Notes under the pieces: generated by a model
The model's database searches: none
Told to the model about the DNA's origin: nothing
Seen by the model: the letters and a program-made list of their open reading frames with translations, nothing else
Program-made: the position numbers and the translations under genes
Assembly (NCBI GenBank): GCA_965644495.1
Contig: CBFFSA010000044.1
Coordinates: 1 to 64,000 of the forward strand
Reading direction: 5' to 3'
DNA length: 64,000 bases
Origin: Perkinsela sp. CCAP 1560/9
Lineage: Eukaryota; Protista; Euglenozoa: Kinetoplastea
Shown: positions 40,505 to 54,434 of the stretch, in pieces
Numbering within the stretch: position 1 is the stretch's first letter
Layout of the letters: each line of letters opens with the position of its first letter

Positions 40505-43500
40505 AATTAATAGGGGGGAAGAGTATGAGTTCTAACTTTCTATGAATGTACGGTATCAGTTTTTTTTTTTTTTTTTTCAAATTTATCTCTATAAATCAAT
40601 CTACAACAAATCACTCTATTTGACGAAACCAAACTAAAGAAAAGAAAAAGAAAAGAAAAATGCATCACCCTCTAATTCAGGAGCAGAGGTGGATCCGGGT
40701 CATCTTCTGCCATCCGCGCCACCATCATACGAGCCTGAGCTCGCATTAAAGTGACATTCAAGTCACGGATGAGATTTGCCGTCGCCGTTCCCCTGTCCAT
40801 CGTCCCTTGGGACGTAGCAGAGCGCCACGCTCCAACCTTCTTAAGCACAGCGAGGGCGCTGTCGGACCACGAGCCATAGGAGCCTACGACCATGGCCGCG
40901 AAGTCGTGCCCAGCAGTCTCGGCGTCCCGTCGCTGCACCTGCTTATGGCTTGTGGCATAGCTCTCGGCGAATGATCCCGCCGTCACCCCGTTAGCGTTAC
41001 GGACGAGGTCCGCGTATTTGGGTTGCTGAACGTGGGTAACGGCGAAATCAAGCACCAGAGACTTGCCTAAGCCAATGCTGGGCAAAACGACATCACCAGG
41101 CCTCGTGGGCGCTCCAGCGGGACCGCGATTGCCAAGACTTACCTCCCGTTGGGGGGCGAGGTGCGCCTTACTGCAGAAATCGACAAATTGACACGCCAGC
41201 GCGTTGTGGCGCGTCATGATGCCATGTCCACACTTACAGGACACGGCATGGTCGCCTTTTGGTCCCAACGGTTGCTGACACCTCCCCATAGGACAGGGCC
41301 GCGTTCCGGGGTAAATGTCTGCTCCCAACCACCAGCGGGACAAGGCGCGAAACTCAGTAGGAGTGTAAGAGTATCCTCTCTCCTTGGAGGGAATAACGAA
41401 TGCCCAACTCGCGGCCCCTCTCCCAGTTTGCGAAATCAAACGTGCGCGTGTGTTGAAGTCTGCTGCCTCATATGCTGAAGAAAATTCCCGGTCGCCTATC
41501 TCGCGACAAAGGTGTTTCTGTCGCGGGATAATCAGCTTTTCATTCATCCCGGCATCTAGGCTGTGATCATGGTGTGCATTGAGAGGGTTGGTTGATGCGT
41601 TATAATCTTTGTGGATTAGTGCCTCCTGTATTTTGCCGGTTGTCGAATCCACCAAAGTCTTTCCCGCCTGGCGGTTAACACGCTCCACTGCCTCGGAAAA
41701 CCATTTCGCCTCGGACGGTGCCCAGTCATCTTGAGAACCCGCAAAGGCTGCTGAAGAGACATAAGCTGCAGATGAATGTATAACGGAGGATCTTAGGCCA
41801 AAACCACCGTGTCTCTTGTCGCGTTGGATTTGTGCTCGTGCCGGGGCGTCTAGAGGACAGAGTATAAGCTCCGTAGCGCGGAGCACGGCGTTATCAAGCC
41901 TCTGACAGAGGTCTACCATGTATTTTGGTGGCGTTGTGCGGAGGGAGTAGACTAATTGGCAAAAGCCAGCGCAGTGGCGAATTAGCGTGAGGGCTACCTG
42001 TGGGTCTTCTAGTATGCCTATCGCCTTTAGAGTTGCTTCCGCAGGTTCGATCGCAAACTCACGTAGGTATTCAATACAGAACTCTTCTGACCCTACTGGG
42101 CTACCCAAAATGCTAAAGTTTCCTTCGTGATTTTTCATTCTGGCTGGGATGGTAGTGAATGAGTCCGTGCAACGCGAGGATACCGGATGAGATATTATCT
42201 CGCATTTACTCGCATTAAGATGGAGCCCCCACTGAGGTCCCGCACATGCTATAGCATCCAACGCCCTCCGTACGCTGTCGGATTTTCCGGCTAAAACACC
42301 GTCATCGAGATACCAAAGGTGCAAGAGGAGTCCGCTGGGCACTTCATTCTCGATCAGTTCAGTAATCTCTCGCAGAACCATGGAGAAAAGGAGGGGCCCT
42401 AAAGGGTCCCCCTGTTGAACTCCTTCGGTGGAGGCAACTGTTTGAGAACCATATGTGAGTGCGCTATCGGTGGAGTAGCACCAATTTATCCAAGGAGTCA
42501 ACTCGGGGAAGTGCTTTTCTGATAGAGATATGAACGCCGCCCTGGAAACCGTATTGAATGCGTTACGAAGGTCCACCTTGCATAAGACAAACTCTGGGTC
42601 ATTCTTTGTGGACTCCACCACTTGGCGGCAGAGGTGGATAACCCTTTCGGAGCCAGATGCCGTTGCCACACCATATTGACGTCCTTGGAAAAGTGTGCTA
42701 GCTTTGGACTTTACAACAGAGCAGGCAGCCTTGCTGACCATGCGGCGCAACGTTTCCCCTGCTGCGATAGGTCTTACATCATTTTGCCCTTTCTGCAATG
42801 CACACAATCGAGCCCCTGCGTAATATTGTTGTGCTTCAACTGGAGCCTTACCGGCGAGTAGGTGATTGGCAAGCTTTGTGAGACTCTCGAGGGGATGAAC
42901 ATCCGTGTCAGTTCCAGCGAATAATGCCGCTTGTATGTGTTCCGCTCGTAGCGCCATGGTTCCACCTGAGGAGCCCCTGTTAAAGCTTTGGATCGCCTTT
43001 CGTACATCATCCTCATTGACAGTCAAGGAAATGATTTCGTTGGAGGACGGTGCGCTTTGGCGTAGTGGACCGAACAGCCGGCTCGGGTGCTTGGTGACTA
43101 GTTTGTTATATGTCTCCTCATTGTCGGGTGCCATTGGCGCCGAAGTGAGTGCAGCTATTCCTCGAGAAACTTCTCCTTGACGGACCAGTAGTTCGGAGCG
43201 AATCGCTTTCTTTTCCTCATCCAGTAGTGTACCTGCTCCGGATCCTTGCTTCCTCTTCTTCTGGTGTTCAAGTACAGCTTCTTTCCACAGGGCTGAATAT
43301 TCGTGTGCTTCCCAGCGATCCAGACATTTCCGCACGTGGGAGGCGTACGAGCTATTTCCCTTTCGTCCTCTTCTATGCGGGGCTGGAAGGACACATTTCG
43401 GAAGCATCGCTAGTCGTGTCCATGCAGCGACGGTGTTCTCCCTCTCGGCTGTTGCGACGGTGGCTGTTAGGACCGTAGCCCACTGGCGTCGGCATCGGAA

Positions 43501-44402
43501 AGGAACGTCTTTGGACGTGGTCATAGGTGTTGTACAGACCGCTCTTAGGCTAGGGAAACATGGTGGGTCTATAGTGGGCGGTAAGCTAGATTCCTCTGGC
43601 GTCTCTGAAGGGTACGCGGGGTCAGGAAGATCTGTTGTTGGTGATGGCTGTGTGGGAGGTGGGTCCGCCCCGTAGCATTGAATTGAATGGGCTTCCTTCT
43701 TGGTCAACACAAAATGTTTGTTGCACACCGTGCAAAGAAATCTGCCTTCACGTGCCCACCACTCTAGCGGTATGCCTTCGGCGTGTCGGGAGGCCACATG
43801 ATTATAAAAAGCTTGCCATTTGCCGCCGTGGGATTGTGCGGACCACGCACATCCGTCTGCCGGACAGTACCGACGTTCCGGGAGGGGCGGGTCCCCCGCA
43901 GAATGAAGAGGTGGCACGACAGCTTCCGTTGCAGGACCAGCTAGAGTCACAGCGCGGTGAGGGTCGCATAGTACGGTCTCCTGAGTTGAGTCAGTCTCGT
44001 CGGTTGGGGATACAGGAATCAATAACTCAAAGCTAGGAGGATTGCTCAAGGTAACAGAGAACGTGGTGGGGGGGGCAGGTTGCGGTGAGACACAATTTCG
44101 TTTACGTGTGCAGAGGTTTAGCGTCACAGGGGGGTCATGACCTGGTGCGGCAACGTCCTTGGAACGAAGTGAAAGCAGACCACGCGTTTTCAATATAATG
44201 CTCCCGACCAGGCATGCGACTGTCCAAGTCACCGTGCATCCTAGGGCGAGGACGTTCCCTACAATAACGCTAGTGTACTTAAGTATGAAGAAGACGATCG
44301 TCACCAGTACGTATGCAAACTGTATGTATGTGATGGGAACTGTCAATAGGCGCCTCCACTGCGCCGTGCGGGCTGGGGCGTGTGCACGCTTACAGCACTG
44401 GT

Positions 44403-44403
<1 letters not shown>
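40467..44403 (-). mobile_element. 5'-truncated family D copy 5 (ORF remnant 40672-44403)
   Basis: Same truncation point as copy 3. Confidence 0.93.
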
Positions 44404-44439
<36 letters not shown>

Positions 44440-47400
44440 GGGGGAAGAGTATGAGTTCTAACTTTCTATGAATGTACGGTATCAGTTTTTTTTTTTTTTT
44501 TTCAAATTTATCTCTATAAATCAATCTACAACAAATCACTCTATTTGACGAAACCAAACTAAAGAAAAGAAAAAGAAAAGAAAAATGCATCACCCTCTAA
44601 TTCAGGAGCAGAGGTGGATCCGGGTCATCTTCTGCCATCCGCGCCACCATCATACGAGCCTGAGCTCGCATTAAAGTGACATTCAAGTCACGGATGAGAT
44701 TTGCCGTCGCCGTTCCCCTGTCCATCGTCCCTTGGGACGTAGCAGAGCGCCACGCTCCAACCTTCTTAAGCACAGCGAGGGCGCTGTCGGACCACGAGCC
44801 ATAGGAGCCTACGACCATGGCCGCGAAGTCGTGCCCAGCAGTCTCGGCGTCCCGTCGCTGCACCTGCTTATGGCTTGTGGCATAGCTCTCGGCGAATGAT
44901 CCCGCCGTCACCCCGTTAGCGTTACGGACGAGGTCCGCGTATTTGGGTTGCTGAACGTGGGTAACGGCGAAATCAAGCACCAGAGACTTGCCTAAGCCAA
45001 TGCTGGGCAAAACGACATCACCAGGCCTCGTGGGCGCTCCAGCGGGACCGCGATTGCCAAGACTTACCTCCCGTTGGGGGGCGAGGTGCGCCTTACTGCA
45101 GAAATCGACAAATTGACACGCCAGCGCGTTGTGGCGCGTCATGATGCCATGTCCACACTTACAGGACACGGCATGGTCGCCTTTTGGTCCCAACGGTTGC
45201 TGACACCTCCCCATAGGACAGGGCCGCGTTCCGGGGTAAATGTCTGCTCCCAACCACCAGCGGGACAAGGCGCGAAACTCAGTAGGAGTGTAAGAGTATC
45301 CTCTCTCCTTGGAGGGAATAACGAATGCCCAACTCGCGGCCCCTCTCCCAGTTTGCGAAATCAAACGTGCGCGTGTGTTGAAGTCTGCTGCCTCATATGC
45401 TGAAGAAAATTCCCGGTCGCCTATCTCGCGACAAAGGTGTTTCTGTCGCGGGATAATCAGCTTTTCATTCATCCCGGCATCTAGGCTGTGATCATGGTGT
45501 GCATTGAGAGGGTTGGTTGATGCGTTATAATCTTTGTGGATTAGTGCCTCCTGTATTTTGCCGGTTGTCGAATCCACCAAAGTCTTTCCCGCCTGGCGGT
45601 TAACACGCTCCACTGCCTCGGAAAACCATTTCGCCTCGGACGGTGCCCAGTCATCTTGAGAACCCGCAAAGGCTGCTGAAGAGACATAAGCTGCAGATGA
45701 ATGTATAACGGAGGATCTTAGGCCAAAACCACCGTGTCTCTTGTCGCGTTGGATTTGTGCTCGTGCCGGGGCGTCTAGAGGACAGAGTATAAGCTCCGTA
45801 GCGCGGAGCACGGCGTTATCAAGCCTCTGACAGAGGTCTACCATGTATTTTGGTGGCGTTGTGCGGAGGGAGTAGACTAATTGGCAAAAGCCAGCGCAGT
45901 GGCGAATTAGCGTGAGGGCTACCTGTGGGTCTTCTAGTATGCCTATCGCCTTTAGAGTTGCTTCCGCAGGTTCGATCGCAAACTCACGTAGGTATTCAAT
46001 ACAGAACTCTTCTGACCCTACTGGGCTACCCAAAATGCTAAAGTTTCCTTCGTGATTTTTCATTCTGGCTGGGATGGTAGTGAATGAGTCCGTGCAACGC
46101 GAGGATACCGGATGAGATATTATCTCGCATTTACTCGCATTAAGATGGAGCCCCCACTGAGGTCCCGCACATGCTATAGCATCCAACGCCCTCCGTACGC
46201 TGTCGGATTTTCCGGCTAAAACACCGTCATCGAGATACCAAAGGTGCAAGAGGAGTCCGCTGGGCACTTCATTCTCGATCAGTTCAGTAATCTCTCGCAG
46301 AACCATGGAGAAAAGGAGGGGCCCTAAAGGGTCCCCCTGTTGAACTCCTTCGGTGGAGGCAACTGTTTGAGAACCATATGTGAGTGCGCTATCGGTGGAG
46401 TAGCACCAATTTATCCAAGGAGTCAACTCGGGGAAGTGCTTTTCTGATAGAGATATGAACGCCGCCCTGGAAACCGTATTGAATGCGTTACGAAGGTCCA
46501 CCTTGCATAAGACAAACTCTGGGTCATTCTTTGTGGACTCCACCACTTGGCGGCAGAGGTGGATAACCCTTTCGGAGCCAGATGCCGTTGCCACACCATA
46601 TTGACGTCCTTGGAAAAGTGTGCTAGCTTTGGACTTTACAACAGAGCAGGCAGCCTTGCTGACCATGCGGCGCAACGTTTCCCCTGCTGCGATAGGTCTT
46701 ACATCATTTTGCCCTTTCTGCAATGCACACAATCGAGCCCCTGCGTAATATTGTTGTGCTTCAACTGGAGCCTTACCGGCGAGTAGGTGATTGGCAAGCT
46801 TTGTGAGACTCTCGAGGGGATGAACATCCGTGTCAGTTCCAGCGAATAATGCCGCTTGTATGTGTTCCGCTCGTAGCGCCATGGTTCCACCTGAGGAGCC
46901 CCTGTTAAAGCTTTGGATCGCCTTTCGTACATCATCCTCATTGACAGTCAAGGAAATGATTTCGTTGGAGGACGGTGCGCTTTGGCGTAGTGGACCGAAC
47001 AGCCGGCTCGGGTGCTTGGTGACTAGTTTGTTATATGTCTCCTCATTGTCGGGTGCCATTGGCGCCGAAGTGAGTGCAGCTATTCCTCGAGAAACTTCTC
47101 CTTGACGGACCAGTAGTTCGGAGCGAATCGCTTTCTTTTCCTCATCCAGTAGTGTACCTGCTCCGGATCCTTGCTTCCTCTTCTTCTGGTGTTCAAGTAC
47201 AGCTTCTTTCCACAGGGCTGAATATTCGTGTGCTTCCCAGCGATCCAGACATTTCCGCACGTGGGAGGCGTACGAGCTATTTCCCTTTCGTCCTCTTCTA
47301 TGCGGGGCTGGAAGGACACATTTCGGAAGCATCGCTAGTCGTGTCCATGCAGCGACGGTGTTCTCCCTCTCGGCTGTTGCGACGGTGGCTGTTAGGACCG

Positions 47401-48291
47401 TAGCCCACTGGCGTCGGCATCGGAAAGGAACGTCTTTGGACGTGGTCATAGGTGTTGTACAGACCGCTCTTAGGCTAGGGAAACATGGTGGGTCTATAGT
47501 GGGCGGTAAGCTAGATTCCTCTGGCGTCTCTGAAGGGTACGCGGGGTCAGGAAGATCTGTTGTTGGTGATGGCTGTGTGGGAGGTGGGTCCGCCCCGTAG
47601 CATTGAATTGAATGGGCTTCCTTCTTGGTCAACACAAAATGTTTGTTGCACACCGTGCAAAGAAATCTGCCTTCACGTGCCCACCACTCTAGCGGTATGC
47701 CTTCGGCGTGTCGGGAGGCCACATGATTATAAAAAGCTTGCCATTTGCCGCCGTGGGATTGTGCGGACCACGCACATCCGTCTGCCGGACAGTACCGACG
47801 TTCCGGGAGGGGCGGGTCCCCCGCAGAATGAAGAGGTGGCACGACAGCTTCCGTTGCAGGACCAGCTAGAGTCACAGCGCGGTGAGGGTCGCATAGTACG
47901 GTCTCCTGAGTTGAGTCAGTCTCGTCGGTTGGGGATACAGGAATCAATAACTCAAAGCTAGGAGGATTGCTCAAGGTAACAGAGAACGTGGTGGGGGGGG
48001 CAGGTTGCGGTGAGACACAATTTCGTTTACGTGTGCAGAGGTTTAGCGTCACAGGGGGGTCATGACCTGGTGCGGCAACGTCCTTGGAACGAAGTGAAAG
48101 CAGACCACGCGTTTTCAATATAATGCTCCCGGCCAGGCATGCGACTGTCCAAGTCACCGTGCATCCTAGGGCGAGGACGTTCCCTACAATAACGCTAGTG
48201 TACTTAAGTATGAAGAAGACGATCGTCACCAGTACGTATGCAAACTGTATGTATGTGATGGGAACTGTCAATAGGCGCCTCCACTGCGCCG
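44404..48291 (-). mobile_element. 5'-truncated family D copy 6 (ORF remnant 44597-48291)
   Basis: About 52 nt shorter than copies 3 and 5; V->A change (CLAGS). Confidence 0.93.
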
Positions 48292-48876
48292 TTTTTTTTT
48301 TTTTTTTTTTTTGCAATTAATAAGGGGGGAGAAGTATGAATCGCGGCATTGCCTCTATATTTTGACCCAGTAGACGAACCAAGTAGGTCCATTGGGGGGG
48401 GTATACGAGTTAAAAACAAGCAATCAAATTAGCAATTCTTTTTGTTTCCACAGATGTACCTTTTGTTTTTTCTCAGCCCAAAACTAGCAATTTAATCTCC
48501 CCTAAGTATATACTACAAACAAGAAACAGTAAAAACTAAAACAAGCAATACAGACCCAATCCATTCGCGCGTTCCGGACCGGGTCTTTCGACCACTCCAC
48601 GGCCTGACTTGTGAACCCTTCCCTTGCTATATGGGAGGGCGCAGGCGCGGGCCTGTGTCGACAGCGACACGGTCGCGAAACAGGATGCTGGCCGACGGGG
48701 AGGAGATTCACTACCCGTGTACTACCTCACTTGGGGTACCTAGCCCTCGCGGGCTAGGCGTGAGTATAGACTCTGTCGACCCGGCCAGCACCCGTCCTGG
48801 ATATTATGGCGTCTTCGTGCTGAAACTGGACTGTCAGTAGAGGCTTAAGCCTCTACCAAAGGATCCGCTGGGTCCT
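48292..48876 (-). mobile_element. Severely 5'-truncated family A copy (last codons plus whole 3' UTR; structured RNA ~48556-48796)
   Basis: Ends DPADPLVEA*; followed at 48882-48924 by a second small piece of the structured RNA and short poly(T) runs. Confidence 0.88.
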
Positions 48877-48949
48877 TTGACGCTAGGCGTGAGCATAGAC
48901 TCTGTCGACCCGACCAGCACCCGTGGCCTTTTTTTTTTTTTGCAGCCCC

Positions 48950-51900
48950 TTTTTTTTTTTTTTTTTTTTTGCAGATAATAGGGGGGGAAGAGTACGAGTG
49001 CTAACTTTATATATGTATGTACGGTATGACTTTCTCACTTACTTTCCTACTTGCTCAACTTCTTTCCCTCACTTCCCCCCATTTTAAAAACGAGCAAAAT
49101 ATATAACTAGCAAATATATGCTTTCCCATCTTACCCACTTCCCCTTACCAATCTTACCAGCTTTCCAGGGAGGGTAAGGTCTCCCTCGGCTAGGAGGGGC
49201 AGACTTTCCCCGAACCATTCGCGCGTTCCGGACCGGGTCTTTCGACCTCTCCCAGCTTGCCTTGGTAACCCTTCTCTTGTTGTACGAGAGGGCGCAAGCA
49301 ATGGGCCTGTGCCGACAGCGGCACGGTCGCGGAGCATGATGCTGGCCGACGGGGAGGAACAAAGTTCCCTACCCATGTCCTACCTCACTTGGAGTACCTA
49401 GCCCTGGCGGACTAGGCGTGAGCATAGACCCTGCCGGCATCGACCAGCATCCGGACCAGCTGTTCGAGTTCCGGCTGAGCGGCCCATCTTGCACATCCGT
49501 CATCGTGCTATTGCTCGATTAAAGGGGGCAAGGGGTCCACAGCCGGCAGGCGCGTAATCATCATGCGTGCCTGGCAACGCATCAATGTTACGTTCATGTC
49601 GGTCACGAGACGGAGCGTAGAGGCCTCGTCTGTCAAGATACCGTTGGACGCTTTTGCCCTTCGTTCTCCAACCTTCCGGAGAACGGCTAAAGCACTGGCA
49701 CTCCAAGAGCCATAGCTCTCGACCACCATAGCTGTGAAATCGCTTCCGGCATCTTCAGATTCACGGCGTTGTCGGACTTTCTGCTCTGAGGCATAATGCT
49801 CTGCGAAGGACCCCGCGGCCACCCAGCTAGCATTTCGGACTGTGTCCGTGTATTTAGATTGCTGGGCGTGAGTGACCGCGAAGTCAAGCACGATAGGTTT
49901 CCCGAGGAAGAGACTCGGAAGGAAGACGTCCCCGGGCCTAGTCAGAGCGCCTCCGGGGCCCCGGTTCCCGAGGCTTTTTTCCCGTTGGGGAGCTAGGCGT
50001 GCGTTACTGCAAGTATCGGCAAAGTGATCGGCCAAGGCGTTGTGACGGCCGATGATACCGTCCCCGTGCTTGCATGTGAGAGCGTGATCGCCGTGTATGT
50101 CCAATGGGAGTGTGCAGTTCCCCTTGGGACATGTACCTTCTTCCCCGTACACGGGCACACCTAACCACCAGCGGGATAGGATGCGGAATTCTGTGGGGTT
50201 AAAGGCGTGGCCCGTGTCTCTGGAAGGAGTTACGAACGCCAAACTGCTTGCTCCTTTACCACACTGAGAAGCCCAGCGTGCGCGAGTCCGGGCGTCGGCG
50301 TTTTCATATGCGTGCGAGAACTCTGTGGCAGAGATCGCGTAACTTATGTCTTTTTGGCGGGGGACGCTATTACTTGCCCAGTCGGGTGGCTGCGCGTCAA
50401 CGCAATCTTCGGATGCGTAAAGGGGGTTTGTATCGTGTGGAAAGTCTTCGGAATGAGGCAATGCGCGGTCACGAGGAAGGGAAGGCGGATTTGCGGGTTC
50501 AAAGGGATGTCTGGTTTCTCCCTCGCGAGATCTCTTGGTGAAGCGAGCTTTGGGGGAGAGTTCTTCACATTTATGGCGCGGGATGGAACGCACGAGTCCG
50601 TTTGAGTCGAGTAGACTGATACCAACTTTCGAATTCACGTCTTCAATCGATTGTAGAAAGCCCCCCACTTCTGAAGCATCCCATGAGTCCGTGGCCGCCG
50701 CGAAAACTACAGAGGAGGCGTAAGCGGAGGATGCGTGCACGGTCGCCGATTTTAAACCGAAACCTCCGTGTCTTTTCAAGCGCTGAATTTGGGCGCGTGC
50801 GGAGGGAGGCAAAGGACATAGAGTGGATTCGACCGCGTGCATTAGGAAGTCGTCGAGCCGCTTGCAGAGGTTCATAACTGATTGCGGGGGCGTCGTTCGT
50901 AGAGCATGTACCAATTTGCAGAATCCAGCACATTGTCGAATTAGCGCCATGGCTACCTGGGGGTCCCGGATTCTGGTTATGGCATCAAGGGCCATTTCAG
51001 CGGGCTCAACCGCGTGTGTCAGCAGATATTCAGTACAGTACTCAGGGGACCCAATTGGGCTTCCTAGGACACTAAAGTTACCGCACACGTTTATTTTGGC
51101 GTCGGGTATGTCCGGAAATATGGTTACAACGTTAGCCGAGGCAGGGGGGGTGATTATTTCGCACTTGGACATGTTCAGATATAGGCCCCATCGCGGACCT
51201 ACTCTGGCGATTGTATCCAACGAATTCCTGACGTCTTCTGCCCTGCCAATGAGAATCCCGTCGTCTAGGTACCATAGCTGCAAGTCCAGGTCGGCCTGGT
51301 GATAGATTTCTTTTGCAAGTTCCAAGGAGACCAGTGAAAAGAAAAGTGGTCCCAGGGGATCGCCCTGTTGGACGCCTTCATCCGAAAGGAGTGTGTGGTC
51401 ACGATAGGTCAAAGCACTAGTTGTCGTATAGCACCAGCTAGCCCAGGGGAACAATTCCGGAAAATGTTCGCCTACAAGTTTCAAGAAAGTTGCTCTGCTA
51501 ACGTTGTTGAATGCGTTGCTTAGGTCGACTTTACATAATACCATGTCGGGGTTGTCCGTATGAATTGTCATTGCGTGCCGGCAAGTGTGAATTATTCGTT
51601 CCGAACCGGCCGGTGTCGCGACGCCGAACTGTAGTCCCTTAAAAAATTCCCTGGCTTTGCTCCTCACTGCATTGCAAGCCGCTTTGCTTACCAATCGACG
51701 TATCGTTTCTCCCGCTGCTATGGGGCGGACGTCATTTTCGCCCTTTTCAAGCGCGCAAAGTCTTGCTCCCGCAAAATATGGTTGTACCTCTAGGGGTGCT
51801 TTCCCGGCTAGTAGATGATTCACGAGGTTTTTAAGGGCAGTAAGGGGTTTCACGGTGTTATCTACGTGCGCCAGGAGTACAGCTTGCAAGTGCTCGGGTC

Positions 51901-53478
51901 GTAAACCCATGGTTCCGGACGAGGAACCCCGGTGAAAGCTCTTGATAGTTTTCGCTACCACGGGTTCATCCATTATTAGGGGCGCTGTGGGCGGAGGCGA
52001 TAGTCGATGATGTCACTGTCTGGATGTCGGGGCGGGTGCTTGCTCTGAAGTTTGAGGAGTGTGTCTTCGTCGTCAGGCGCCATAGCATCCGCCGTGAGTG
52101 CAGCCATACCCCTAGAGTACTCGCCTTGTCGAGCTAGAAGCTCTGCTCGGATAGCTGCCTTTTCCTCTTCGTCGTGAACGGTTGTAGGGGCTACAGATTG
52201 TTTCTTGAGTGCGTTGTCTACTGCTTCATTCCATAGGGAGACATAATCTTGCGCGAGCCATCGGTTCATGCACTTCTGGACGTATGATGCGTAAGTTGTG
52301 TGGTTCTTACGTCCTCCTCGGTGTGGGGCGGGTAGTAAGCACTTGGGGAGCATGGCGAATAGGGTCCACGCGGCTGTAGAGTTTTCGGTGACTGCGTTTT
52401 GGGCTGCTTTGGTGATAATTTCTCCCCACAGTTGACGGCAACGTGGAGGCACGTCCTTGCAAGTGTTCAGGCGCAGCGTGCAGATAGAGGATAGCGAGGG
52501 AAGTTCAGAGTGATGAGTTTGAGTCCCCGGAAGGTGGCTTGGGTCGCTCGAGTGTGCTGCGCGCGATGGGATTTGGGGGTTCGCAACGTTCCCTTTGCAG
52601 GCTTGTGGATGAGCTTCCCTTTTGTTGATGTCATAATGGCGCCCGCATAAGTTGCAAAGAAATCGGCCTTCTGCATCCCACCAGGTAGCGGGAACTCCGT
52701 TTCCGTGGCGACACGCGACGTGGTTATAAAACGCTTGCCAAGACCCTCCGTGCGGCAGACTTCTCCAAGTGCATCCCATGGCCGGACATTCCCGAGTCTC
52801 TTCTCTTGTTTGTGTCTTTTCAGCGAAGTTATTTTGGTTTGCGGCGTGTCGCGGTGAAGAGAAATATGTCCGGGGCTCCGGTGTTCGCCTTGACGAGCGC
52901 GAGTCCGCTTTGGTCACTCCTTTCGATGGGGAAGTGTTTCGACCTTGGTGGGAAAGAGCATCCTTCACTGCGGATTTGAGCGTCCGAGCTTCATCGGGGA
53001 TCTTTGATGTGGGTGTAGCCTCGTGAGTAATTTTCTGCCTTCTCACCCCACAGTGCTGCATCTCCTCGTCTTCGGCCTCTACGTGGCCCGTGTCTGGGGT
53101 TTCCTTTTCCTGGGAGATGTGACGTGCGCGTTCCAACCATTCCTTAGGAATATTCGCCGGGATTGGTGTAGTGTAGAGTTGTTCGTCGTATGTGCTGACA
53201 GCGCGAATCAAATGCTTGTTTCCTTGGAATTGGTCCCAACTGCCGAGAGAGTGCGCACGTTCTTCGTCGGCGAGAGCGCCTACGCTGAGAGCTCCTTCCT
53301 TTGCACTCATATGGAATGAGGGGTGGTCCTCGTTCGAGCGTGCGGGGCTCTGAGGAGTATTGGTTTGCGTCATAAAAGAGCTGGGCCCCGAGAGAATACT
53401 ACGTAAAAAAAAATTCAACAAGGTACAGAAACTGTATCTTTATCGTTAAAGTTCTAAGTTATCGTTAAAGTTCTAAAG
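48950..53478 (-). mobile_element. Full-length family B copy with a frameshift (SL 53416-53453; structured RNA ~49213-49453)
   Basis: Near-identical to 5488-10021. Confidence 0.93.
49508..53373 (-). pseudogene. Family B ORF split by a 1-bp deletion near 52000
   Basis: GACTATACGCCT in other copies vs GACTATCGCCT here; could be a sequencing error. Confidence 0.8.
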
Positions 53479-53581
53479 TTTTTTTTTTTTTTTTTTTTTT
53501 TTTGTTGCGAGTTTTTTTTTTTTTTTTCCTTGTTGCTTGTTGCTTGTTGTTTTTTTTTCCCTTACTCAGTTAACTTTTCAG

Positions 53582-54166
53582 ATGTCCTGGGGCAAAGGCC
53601 CCGACGGTGGTAAGGAGAAAGCGGCCGCGGACAGCAGCATTCGTACAATTCAAATCCTGCCTTGTGACTCTTCGCGATCTGAAGTGCAAGACTACCTCCA
53701 TTTGCATTTAGCATTCATGAAAACAAAGTGTATGACCTCTTTTTCGCCTGACCTTGAGCCTGTAAAACCCTCTTCTGCTCGGTCCGGTCCTGAGGATTTC
53801 ATTCGCCATATTTGCGCTACGCGAGTCAGTGTAAAAGGTCGAACGCTTTTATTTCGGATAGCGAGTTTTCGCTGGTATGATGCGACGCTGATTTTGGCAA
53901 CGGAAATCAAGGTCGGTAGATCAGAAGATTGGTTCATTGAGCGCCGAAATCCCTTTTCTGCTCTGTTCCAATCTTCAAAACTGCTGTCCAAGATTTACGT
54001 GGAGCCGAGGAATCCGTCAGAAATCACTTTGAGCGCAACAAAATTATGGCCCATTGAGCATCTAAATCCCTTTTCTGCTCTGTGCCTTTTTTTCCAGCAC
54101 TCGTACGATTTCGCATGGGTACGTACGATTTCGCATGGGACTACATTCCGGATGCGAATTGGGTAG
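53582..54166 (+). CDS. Hypothetical non-retroelement ORF (~194 aa) behind a polypyrimidine tract/AG
   Basis: T-rich tract ending TTTTCAG|ATG; internal repeat IExxNPFSAL twice; poly(A) at 54441-54465. No recognised domain. Confidence 0.4.
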   Translation: MSWGKGPDGGKEKAAADSSIRTIQILPCDSSRSEVQDYLHLHLAFMKTKCMTSFSPDLEPVKPSSARSGPEDFIRHICATRVSVKGRTLLFRIASFRWYDATLILATEIKVGRSEDWFIERRNPFSALFQSSKLLSKIYVEPRNPSEITLSATKLWPIEHLNPFSALCLFFQHSYDFAWVRTISHGTTFRMRIG

Positions 54167-54434
54167 GTGGTATGAAGCAGTAAAAGAACTCCAAAAATAA
54201 ATTTCTCAATCATTCTTGGTATGATGTTGATGTTTCACGGGAGGCTGTTGCTGTTGAGCATCGCTATATCTTAGAAGTTTATGCTGCTTACCCTAGAAAA
54301 ATATGCTGGTCTATTCGAAACCTGAAAACATCAATGATTCATCTTACTTTGCTTACTTGTTTGCTCGTTTTTCCTAGAAGGATTGTTATTCTAGGTTGAA
54401 AAGTGATATTCAAAATGTGCTATTCAATAAAACG

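Noticed and set aside
21422-48320. Many short antisense or overlapping ORFs repeated in each D copy (and likewise in A and B)
   Set aside because: They recur only because the copies are near-identical; no motifs, and not conserved between families.
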